A DNA stretch of 64,000 nt from Tubiluchus corallicola (Eukaryota; Animalia; Priapulida), in the NCBI GenBank assembly GCA_030141605.1, contig JAQGDQ010002395.1, positions 53,056 to 117,055 of the forward strand, written 5' to 3'. Shown one piece after another: positions 53,701 through 61,283 of the stretch (positions within the stretch are counted from its first letter, which is position 1; every line of letters starts with the position of its first letter). Position numbers and translations under genes: made by a program. The notes below the pieces were generated by a model that worked only from the letters and a program-made list of their open reading frames with translations, ran no database searches and was not told the DNA's origin.

Positions 53701-55976
53701 GTTACGCTACTGGTACTAGTATTATGGGAGGACGAACTCTTGGCGGTCTGGTGGGGGATAACAGAAGAGGCAGTATAACCAACTGTTACGCTACTGGTAC
53801 TACTAGTATTATGAGCATATCAGCTCTTGGCGGTCTGGTTGGGAAAAACAGTGGCAGTATAACCGATAGCTACGCTACTGGTAGTGTGTCTGGAGGAGAT
53901 AATTCTTATGCAAATGTCGGCGGCCTGGTGGGGGAAAACAGAGGCAGTATAACCGATAGCTACGCTACTGGCAGTGTGACGGATGGAAAGCACACTGGCG
54001 GCCTGGTGGGGTATAACAGTGGCAGTATAACCAACTGTTACGCTACTGGTACTAGTATTATGGGAGGACGAAGTAATGGCGGCCTGGTGGGGTATAATTA
54101 CGATGGCAGTATAACCGATAGCTACGCTACTGGCAGTGTGACGGGTGGAGTGATGAATGGCGGCCTGGTGGGAGAGCATCGGCAAGGCACTATAACCAAA
54201 AGCTACTGGGATAAGGGTAGTACAGGGCAAAGTGGTTCTTCTGGCGGCGGGGTTGGTATCACTTCCGGTATTAACCTGGAGAGGTATAACAGTAAGTACT
54301 ATGAGTTTGATGACGAAGTTTTCATCGACTGGGACTTTGTCTCCACCTGGAGATGGATAGGCAACAGTAATTGGCCTGTTCTCGATTGGCAGACTAATGA
54401 AATAACACCAATACAAAGTAAAGTAGCCAATATCTGGAGCTTTGTATTTGAGCATGGAAATAACCAAGGATTATCTGAAAATGTGGGTATCGGAAAGATT
54501 TCAGGGGTAAGTAGCTTTACTCTACTACTCCCTTATTCTTATGGGGTTGATCTCGCCTCATTAGTCCCCACAATAGGAATATCGGAGGGTGCCAGCATTA
54601 GTCCGGAAAGTGGTGTATCAGAGAACTTTTCCAGCACCGCAACCTACACGGTAACAGCGCCAGATGCTACCAAGGAATATTTTGTAACCGTAAAAAATCA
54701 GACTTCACCACCCACTTTCACTGTTTTGGGCTACTATGAAGAAGGTCGTATAGGGGCCGGAGATCTTGAAAAGCCGGATCTGTTTCAGGTAGGTGGTCTG
54801 CCAGATGGGAATTATGTGTATTCACTAGAGATAGCAGACAGAGATGCAGTGGATGGTATATTAGATGTAACAGGTGGTAATGCTGTAATGGGAGGCGATG
54901 TGCTGAGTGCTTCTGCCTGGAGTTCAATAGCAGATGGTACTGTTGGCATTAAGCTTACCATAGGAGGGGCTACTTATGAGTATAGTAATAGTACTATTAA
55001 AGAGCAGTACAGTATAAGAAGTTGGCAGGATCTTCAGGGGATGAAGTACGGTTTGTCAGGTGACTACACTTTGATGAATGATATAGAGCTGCCAGAACCC
55101 TCCCAAACAGGAGGCACTTTCCCGGAGGAGCTTCCTGCAGCAGGTTTTGACCCTGTGGGTGGTATCAGTAATAGATTTACAGGTTCATTTAGTTCAGCTA
55201 GTGGAGAGATATATGTAATAAGCAACCTATTTATAGATAGAGGAAATGATTACTATGTAGGGCTGTTTGGTTATGCAAACAATGCAACCATCGAGAATGT
55301 TGGAATAGAAATATCAGGAGGTGGTGTGAGTGGTATTGTATGTGTCGGCGGTTTGGTTGGGTATGCATTCAGAAGTAATGTAAGCAACAGTTATGCAACA
55401 GGTAGCGTGACCATCGGGAAGGGAGGATCCCAAGCCGGCGGTTTGGTTGGGAATACATTCGAAAGTACTGTAAGCAACAGTTATGCAACAGGTAGCGTGA
55501 CCGTCGGGGAGGGAGGATCCCAAGCCGGCGGTTTGGTTGGGTATGCATTCAGAAGTAATGTAAGCAACAGTTATGCAACAGGTAGCGTGACCGTCGGGGA
55601 GGGAGGATCCCAAGCCGGCGGCTTGATTGGGTATACTAGAAAGGCCAGCACTGTTACCAACTGTTATGCTGTGGGATCTGTTACGGGAGGTAGTGATAAT
55701 ATTGGTGGCTTGATTGGGTATAAAGATAGCACTGTTTCTGGCAGCTACTGGGATAAGGGCAGTACGGGGCAAACTATTTCTGATGGAGGGACGGGTGTCT
55801 CCTCGGGAGCTTACCTGGAGAAAGAAGGAGCTGTATATATAGATAAAGAAGCAGATGGCAATGGTACTACAAATGTTTTTGTAGATTGGTCTATTAGTGA
55901 CGATGACACTGAAACCTGGAAGTGGCGGGGTAATGGTCAATGGCCTGTTCTCACCTGGCCACCACCAGGCAACTAA
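50745..55976 (+). CDS. Large repetitive surface lipoprotein with ~8 DUF5018-like Ig modules and two GLUG-like beta-helix regions
   Basis: Lipobox TLGC. ~95-aa repeats (ITxFxF...I.L.VPFGT...PTI.IS.GATI.P.SG...YTVTAENG). GGLVG/SYATGSV repeats, and WPVL closing each half. Promoter -7 element TATCTTTG at 50660. The ORF extends to 50688. Confidence 0.88.
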   Translation: MKTFLKALKSVTALLFLLFLAITLGCKKGDEKPPLSDENLITEFAFRKSVNGSLAVDVDAGVITGTEIELKVPFSTNLFLIPTIVVSDGATISPESGVGIIFEETNPTTYTVTAENGDEREYKVTVTKLPGSSANSITSYVFEADKNSDKGLTKDVKAEDVTGPDITLTVPFGTALELTPTIEISDGATINPASGVPVNFGLLNHLTYTVTAENGDEQDYKVTVTVAENTECEIKTFVFEEKNNENNLYVDVDAGVITGPDITLTVPFGTALELTPTIEISDGATINPASGVPVNFEETNPTTYTVTAENGDDKQYYTVTVEVAQNTECEIKTFVFEEKNNENNLYVDVDAGVITGTDIPLIVPFGTDLELTPTIGISDGATISPDSGESVDFSSSATQAVEYTVTSEDNTTTETYRVVVTVASETDKEITSFVFEADKNSDKGLTKDVVAEDVTGPDITLIVPYNTNVASLTPTITIKGKHITPKSGEAISFESFVTYTVTAGDDTTQDYKVTVNKEEASTASDILRFAFEVGDNKDKLTEDVVVENITSTDITLEVPYGTNLELIPRIEISEYASIDPESGVLNDFSNSESAPVEYEVTAQDDETTKVYEVTVKETPASDEKEITLFDFEVSDNPTYIEEKVEGDISPEDNTIRLKVPFGTDVHSLRPRIEISEYASISPESGVLNDFSNSESAPVEYEVTAQDETSQTYYVTVVIENIPRPTFTVLSYNNGANRIGAGDLEKPDLFQIGDLQDGSYDYSLKIDNKDAGGGTLSVLGGKASIGSTLLASDWNEIDDGNITIVLTLEGSTFSYNTTKEQYSVKSWQDLQGMKYGLSGDYTYTLMNDIELPDPSQTGGTFPEELPAAGFDPVGGGSNRFTGSFSSASGEIYVISNLFIDRGNDEYVGLFAYAFNATIENVGIEISDGGVTGHEYAGGLMGYNRSSTVNNITITGGSIKSTRTGSDGDDGCVGSLVGCNFEGSITNCYATGTSIMGGRTLGGLVGDNRRGSITNCYATGTTSIMSISALGGLVGKNSGSITDSYATGSVSGGDNSYANVGGLVGENRGSITDSYATGSVTDGKHTGGLVGYNSGSITNCYATGTSIMGGRSNGGLVGYNYDGSITDSYATGSVTGGVMNGGLVGEHRQGTITKSYWDKGSTGQSGSSGGGVGITSGINLERYNSKYYEFDDEVFIDWDFVSTWRWIGNSNWPVLDWQTNEITPIQSKVANIWSFVFEHGNNQGLSENVGIGKISGVSSFTLLLPYSYGVDLASLVPTIGISEGASISPESGVSENFSSTATYTVTAPDATKEYFVTVKNQTSPPTFTVLGYYEEGRIGAGDLEKPDLFQVGGLPDGNYVYSLEIADRDAVDGILDVTGGNAVMGGDVLSASAWSSIADGTVGIKLTIGGATYEYSNSTIKEQYSIRSWQDLQGMKYGLSGDYTLMNDIELPEPSQTGGTFPEELPAAGFDPVGGISNRFTGSFSSASGEIYVISNLFIDRGNDYYVGLFGYANNATIENVGIEISGGGVSGIVCVGGLVGYAFRSNVSNSYATGSVTIGKGGSQAGGLVGNTFESTVSNSYATGSVTVGEGGSQAGGLVGYAFRSNVSNSYATGSVTVGEGGSQAGGLIGYTRKASTVTNCYAVGSVTGGSDNIGGLIGYKDSTVSGSYWDKGSTGQTISDGGTGVSSGAYLEKEGAVYIDKEADGNGTTNVFVDWSISDDDTETWKWRGNGQWPVLTWPPPGN

Positions 55977-55999
55977 AAATAGGCAAGAGAATAATATTT

Positions 56000-56034
56000 A
56001 AACCCGTGCTTACTGCAAAAGCACGGGTTTTTTT
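56000..56034 (+). terminator. Rho-independent terminator
   Basis: aaacccgtgctt-actgcaa-aagcacgggttt followed by a T tract. Confidence 0.88.
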
Positions 56035-56093
56035 ACGTTCTTTTGTTTTTGATAGAAAAGAATCAAAAAATCGAGCCTTTAAGGGCATTCCTT
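56032..56093. repeat. REP-like 122-bp unit, left part (interrupted by IS110; continues at ~56538-56572)
   Basis: ...gatagaaaagaatcaaaaaatcgagcctttaagggcattcctt matches the 12-kb array unit. Confidence 0.88.
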
Positions 56094-56537
56094 TTACTTT
56101 TGTACCCAGACCATAAAGGTTACAAAATTGTAGTTTATACTAAATTTAGTGACCTTGAGAAATGAGATAAGGGCAGTCCAGCATTTTCCTGCTTTAGTAT
56201 CATCACGATTCAATCCAACATTAAAGGAAGACTATGAGCGAATAAAAGCTAATAAGTCAAGTAAAATGGTAGGTATTACAGCAGTTCAAAGAAAATTATT
56301 GCTTTTAACTTACACCCTTTGGAAAAACGACACAATATTTAACGCATATCGCTAATTATTTATTATTTAGAGGATATCACATGGGTTAAACTATGGAAAT
56401 GAAATAAAGATAGGCAATCTTTACGGATTGCCGCCTACACAGGATAGATATGTGACAAATATTTGCCTTTGATCTTCCTTCTTTATTTGCAAGATACTCA
56501 TATTTTTTCAATAGAATATTTGGATTTTAAAACAGTA
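56094..56537 (+). mobile_element. Internally deleted IS110-family element
   Basis: Residual C-terminal transposase (56149-56355: HFPALVSSRFNP..KMVGITAVQRKLLLLTYTLWKN). No terminal IRs. cctt core on both sides. Splits a repeat unit. Confidence 0.78.
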
Positions 56538-56802
56538 CCTTTTTTTGCTGTTCTCTAGTTTAAGAGTTTTTATATATTATTAATATTAAATAAGTTGAGC
56601 TTGATTTTAAGAGCGATTATTTTAAAAAAGCTGCATTGGTGTTTTATCAAGATAGTTTTTAAACCTCTCCAGTGATCCCGACTAAAATATTTCGCCTAGT
56701 AAAGTCCTCTCATTAGCAGGCTGCAGTATCGATTCAACGTAAATAATTTTATATCTTTGTATATTCTTGTAATATACTGCAAGAATTGATATACGTAGGG
56801 CA

Positions 56803-57687
56803 ATGGATACAAAATCGCTTGCAAATAAGAAAAATGACACTATTGTAATAGTGCTTGCAACAGTGTTGGTTTTGGTTATTGCATTATATGTTTGGCAGTA
56901 CTTTTCATATGGTACATCGATTCGGCAAATAAGAGAGGATAAAAGTGCTATTCAGGCTGAACTCGATGCTATGGTGCAAAGTTATGATTCTCTGGAGACG
57001 GAGAATGACACGTTAAACTATAATCTTGAACTTGCACAGAGTGAGGTAAGGGACCTTTTGCTGGAAGTAGAGCAGGTTAGGCGAGCCAGTTATGCACAGA
57101 TATCGAGGTATAAAAAGGAGGTGTCTACTCTGCGTGATATTATGCGTAATTATGTTGTACAGATAGATTCTCTAAATGAGCGCAACAAGTTGCTAATGGC
57201 TGAAAACTTACAGGTAAAAAAGGAGGTTTCAGTAGTAAAGGGTGTTAATGTGCAACTGGAGAAAGAGAAAAAGAAGCTGGAGCAAAAAGTTATGCTGGCA
57301 TCTCAGTTGGAGGCTATTAGCCTCTATGCGACAGGTATTAACAGAAAGGGTAATGATACTGGTAAAGCAAAAAAGATAGAAAAGATAAAAGTAGGCTTCA
57401 CCCTAAGTAAAAATGCTACAGCCCAGAGAGGGCCCAAATATTTGTATATACGCATACAGCATCCGGATGAGCGCCTGATGATAAAATCAGAAAAAGATGT
57501 TTTTAGGTATGATGGTGCCAATATACCATATTCGGCGAGAAGAGAGGTTGAGTATGAGGGGAATGAGCTTCCCGTAAATATTTTTTGGGATAATAAAGAT
57601 GAGCCGCTACTTACCAGAGGGGTATATAGAATAGATGTTTTTGCTGACGGAAATAATATTGGCACTACTACTTTTGAGGTGAAATAG
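56803..57687 (+). CDS. Conserved membrane-anchored coiled-coil hypothetical protein
   Basis: N-terminal TM, long coiled coil, C-terminal Ig-like domain (GVYRIDVFADG). Confidence 0.75.
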   Translation: MDTKSLANKKNDTIVIVLATVLVLVIALYVWQYFSYGTSIRQIREDKSAIQAELDAMVQSYDSLETENDTLNYNLELAQSEVRDLLLEVEQVRRASYAQISRYKKEVSTLRDIMRNYVVQIDSLNERNKLLMAENLQVKKEVSVVKGVNVQLEKEKKKLEQKVMLASQLEAISLYATGINRKGNDTGKAKKIEKIKVGFTLSKNATAQRGPKYLYIRIQHPDERLMIKSEKDVFRYDGANIPYSARREVEYEGNELPVNIFWDNKDEPLLTRGVYRIDVFADGNNIGTTTFEVK

Positions 57688-57897
57688 CTTTTTGTATCCC
57701 AGCATACTGGTTGAGGATCAGATGTATGAATAATTATTTTGAAGTCTTCTCACCCCCATCTTTTTTGCTAATGTTTTTGTTGAAATCTTCATTTAAGTCG
57801 GTAAGCTACGGTTTTTCTTTTACAGCCTGAGCCAAATTTTTTTACCTGGTAAAGCCCCACCAGAAGATTTTTCTTTCAAGCATATTTTTCACTATAT

Positions 57898-59502
57898 TTG
57901 AGGGCGACAGCCACTATGCTGTTGTTTTTAAAAGTTTGTTTATCATTTTTTGTTATGAGTAGGTTTTTGGTGCTGTGCGGAAAGAGGCGGTGGCTTATAT
58001 TCTTTTTTGGACTTTTTGCTGGTGCGTGTATTATGATATTTAGCAACAGAGTAGTTGAATATACATCAACAGACGAGTTTTGTGAGTCGTGTCATGTACA
58101 TCCACATGTTACATCTTCGTGGAAGCTATCTACTCATTATGATAATCGTAACGGGGTGCATGTGCATTGTGTGGAGTGTCATCTTCCTCCTCGAGGAGAA
58201 GGGTACCTGAAAGAGAAGATAAAGCTTGGGCTGAGAGATGTGTGGGGCATGCTTACTAAAGATAGTGTTGATTTTAACTGGGAGGCAAAGTCTACAGCTG
58301 AAGCTGCACAGCGATTCACTTTTAAAGAGTCCTGCATTAAATGTCACGCAAATCTTTTTCCCATCACTCTTTCGGACAAAGGCTCTGATGCTCATTTGTA
58401 TTATTCACAGAATGAGGATGATCTACATTGTATCAATTGCCATTTGGATGTGGGGCACCACAACCCCAATGCTGTTAGCAGTAATATCAATTTTGGTGTA
58501 GTGGGCGGGGAGGGTATAAAAAACTACACAGAGGCGACAGAGGTTAATATTTTTGAAGATTATACCGAAAAGATTCCTAATTCCACTGTGTCTTTTAATA
58601 TGAAGGCTATTCCCGGAGGAAGTTTTATTATGGGTAGTTCAGATAGTGATGTTTTTGCCAAAGATGACGAAAAGCCTGCGAGGAGAGTAACACTCAGCCC
58701 TTTTTTTATGGCTGAGGTAGAGGTTACATGGGATGAGTATCTGGCATTTTATCTTCAAACAGCTACAGAAGGGCGGTCAACCGATACCGAGGGAGTGAGA
58801 AGTGGAGGCGGCATAGATGGTATCACAGGAGCCACACCTCCGTATGGGCAACCTGACCAGAACTGGGGGCTGGGCAAGCGCCCCGCTATAACGATGAGTT
58901 TTCATGCTGCGGAGACATATTGCAAGTGGTTGTCATATATAACAGGAAAAACATATCGTTTGCCAACTGAGGCGGAGTGGGAGTATGCCGCACGTGGTGG
59001 AACAGAAGGGGCCTATTTTTTTGAAGGGAGTCCCAAGAGATATTCAGATACGAGGCTATGGGCAAAAATATTTGGGACAGACACGACTACTATAAATACT
59101 TATGTTATCTATAAGGAAAATTCCGGGGCAAAAACAGAGACTCCCGATAAAGTGGCTCCTAATCCACTGGGGTTAAAAAATATGCTTGGGAATGTTTCCG
59201 AGTTTTGTTCGGATTGGTATGATCCTGATGCTTATAGTAAATTGCAGGATGGAGTGGTTGATCCCGTAGGGCCTTTAAGTGGCAGTGAGCGTGTTATAAG
59301 GGGAGGGTCTTATAAAAGTGATGCAGCAGGCCTGCGTTGTTCTGGACGAGATCATTCACGAACGGAAGATTGGCTAAAGACCGATCCTCAGCTTCCCAAA
59401 AGTATTTGGTGGTACTCTGACTGTACTACTGTAGGGTTTCGAGTTGTGTGTGAGTTTGATGTAAATACCGGCAACAAACAAGCCGCTCTGTCGGATGAGT
59501 AG
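57898..59502 (+). CDS. NapC/NirT-type tetraheme cytochrome c fused to a SUMF1/FGE-fold domain
   Basis: TM, YTSTDEFCESCH, CVECH, CIKCH, CINCH. Then IPGGSFIMGS, YRLPTEAEWEYAARGG, NMLGNVSE, VIRGGS, GFRVV. The start is possibly the ATG at 57955. Confidence 0.9.
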   Translation: MRATATMLLFLKVCLSFFVMSRFLVLCGKRRWLIFFFGLFAGACIMIFSNRVVEYTSTDEFCESCHVHPHVTSSWKLSTHYDNRNGVHVHCVECHLPPRGEGYLKEKIKLGLRDVWGMLTKDSVDFNWEAKSTAEAAQRFTFKESCIKCHANLFPITLSDKGSDAHLYYSQNEDDLHCINCHLDVGHHNPNAVSSNINFGVVGGEGIKNYTEATEVNIFEDYTEKIPNSTVSFNMKAIPGGSFIMGSSDSDVFAKDDEKPARRVTLSPFFMAEVEVTWDEYLAFYLQTATEGRSTDTEGVRSGGGIDGITGATPPYGQPDQNWGLGKRPAITMSFHAAETYCKWLSYITGKTYRLPTEAEWEYAARGGTEGAYFFEGSPKRYSDTRLWAKIFGTDTTTINTYVIYKENSGAKTETPDKVAPNPLGLKNMLGNVSEFCSDWYDPDAYSKLQDGVVDPVGPLSGSERVIRGGSYKSDAAGLRCSGRDHSRTEDWLKTDPQLPKSIWWYSDCTTVGFRVVCEFDVNTGNKQAALSDE

Positions 59503-59564
59503 AGTATTATAATTGACTATAGGTTAGGTTTATAGCCTTAATTTAAACTAAATTGTAAAATAAA

Positions 59565-60902
59565 ATGGAAGATAAGAATTTTTCGAGAAGAAGATTTTTG
59601 GCCAATGCGGCAGCTATAAGCGCTGTGGGTGCTGTAGGCGTTGGTGCTCTTGCCTCGTGCAAGGAAAAGAAAGTGCCGTTAGGCGAAGCCAAAGTACCTC
59701 CATTACTTGACCAGGCTCCTGACGGAAAGCCTTTGAAAGCTGGAGTGATAGGCTGTGGAGGTCGTGGTAGTGGTGCAGCTATAAATTTTCTTAATGCAGG
59801 ACCAAACCTATCCGTTGTTGCTTTGGGCGATGTACTTAAGGATCGTGTAATGTCGTGTCGTGAAAAACTTATTAAGGAGAAAAACCATGAGGTAAGCGAA
59901 GCGAACTGTTTTGTGGGGTTTGATGCCTACCAAAAAGTTATTGATTCCGGGGTAGATGTTGTTATTATGGCGGCTCCTCCCAAGTTTCGTCCCAAGCATT
60001 TTGATGCGGCAGTACAGGCGCGCAAGCATGTATTTATGGAGAAACCTATTGCAGTAGATCCTGTAGGGGTGCGTGCTGTTATGGTATCCTCCAAGAAAGC
60101 TGATGCTGCCATGTTAAAAGTGATAACCGGAACTCAGCGTCGTCACCAGCGGGATTATGTTGATATTTACAAGAAGGTAATGGAGGGAGAGATAGGGGAT
60201 ATTGTTGCTGCTAATTGTTACTGGAATGGCAGTCAGCTATGGTATCGCAAGCCGAGGCCCGAGTGGAGTGAGATGGAGTATATGATTAGGGATTGGGTAA
60301 ACTGGACATGGTTGTCTGGCGACCATATAGTAGAGCAGCATATTCACAATATTGATGTGGTAAATTGGTTTAGTGGATCATACCCGAAAGAGGCTGTTGG
60401 GATGGGGTCGCGTCAACGTCGCGTAACAGGAGACCAGTTTGACAACTTCTCTATAGACTACAAATTTGATAACAATATGCATTTACACTCCATGTGTCGT
60501 CAGGTCAATGGATGTGTAAATAATGTATCAGAATATATTAGAGGGACGAAGGGTTACACCAATTGCCGCAACACGATATGGGACAAGAACGGGGCAGTTG
60601 TGTATGAGTATAAGTACCCTTTAAGTGATTCGGGTGAGCCCATGCGTAATGTCAAGGTAAGTCCTTATCTTCAGGAGCATATAGACCTTGTTACATGTAT
60701 TCGTCAGAATATAGAAGTAAATGAGGCTGAGGGTACAGCTATTTCTAATATGGTTGCTATTATGGGGCGCATATCTGCTTACACCGGTAGAAAGATTACA
60801 TGGGATCAGATGATGAACTCTGACCTGTTATTGGGCCCCAAAACCTACGTTATGGGGAAGGTTGGGATGAAGGCTGAGATTCCGGTTCCTGGTAAAGCTT
60901 AA
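59565..60902 (+). CDS. Tat-exported Gfo/Idh/MocA-family oxidoreductase
   Basis: SRRRFL Tat motif with LASC lipobox, GVIGCGGRGSGA, HVFMEKP, GTQRRH, EQHIHNID. Confidence 0.93.
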   Translation: MEDKNFSRRRFLANAAAISAVGAVGVGALASCKEKKVPLGEAKVPPLLDQAPDGKPLKAGVIGCGGRGSGAAINFLNAGPNLSVVALGDVLKDRVMSCREKLIKEKNHEVSEANCFVGFDAYQKVIDSGVDVVIMAAPPKFRPKHFDAAVQARKHVFMEKPIAVDPVGVRAVMVSSKKADAAMLKVITGTQRRHQRDYVDIYKKVMEGEIGDIVAANCYWNGSQLWYRKPRPEWSEMEYMIRDWVNWTWLSGDHIVEQHIHNIDVVNWFSGSYPKEAVGMGSRQRRVTGDQFDNFSIDYKFDNNMHLHSMCRQVNGCVNNVSEYIRGTKGYTNCRNTIWDKNGAVVYEYKYPLSDSGEPMRNVKVSPYLQEHIDLVTCIRQNIEVNEAEGTAISNMVAIMGRISAYTGRKITWDQMMNSDLLLGPKTYVMGKVGMKAEIPVPGKA

Positions 60903-61135
60903 TGCTTGTTGTTTTCATCTATTAGTGTTTACAGCCCCTGCTTTTTAAATAAGAGAGCGTTTTTTTATATAAAGTAAGATCAGAAACATATGGGATAAGG
61001 GCTGGATCAGCTTTGATAGAAGCATTTCGACATGTAAAAGAGCGTAATAATTCCTGCTGTTGTGCTCTATATGGAAAAAATATTTGTGCAGGTTGTGAGA
61101 CTAATCGTGATATGGGTGCATATTGATAACAGAAA

Positions 61136-61262
61136 GACACTGTTTCACAAAGTGTGCAAACTAAAAAAATACCGAGGGTTTGGCTATTTATAGCTGGACC
61201 CTTTTTTCAAATATAACTAAGAACTGGATTCAAGACAATGCCCCAGTTTATGAGATAGTGCT
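61136..61262 (-). mobile_element. 127-bp IS256-derived miniature element (MITE-like)
   Basis: Near-identical to ~6265-6378 joined to ~7590-7602 at a shared cagttt microhomology. Retains one full end and 19 bp of the other. Confidence 0.9.
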
Positions 61263-61283
61263 GTTTTAGTATTATTGCGCCTC

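Noticed and set aside
53820-55940. Long antisense ORFs (215 aa, 208 aa) with repeats
   Set aside because: Shadow frames of the GLUG repeats of the + strand gene.
53660-59502. Diversity-generating retroelement (variable repeats plus an FGE/CLec-fold protein)
   Set aside because: No reverse transcriptase is present. I found no template copy of the FGE C-terminus, and the repeat differences are not confined to adenines.
57898-59502. Formylglycine-generating enzyme maturing the sulfatase at 45718-47295
   Set aside because: It lacks the catalytic Cys pair after RGGS and is not linked to the sulfatase.
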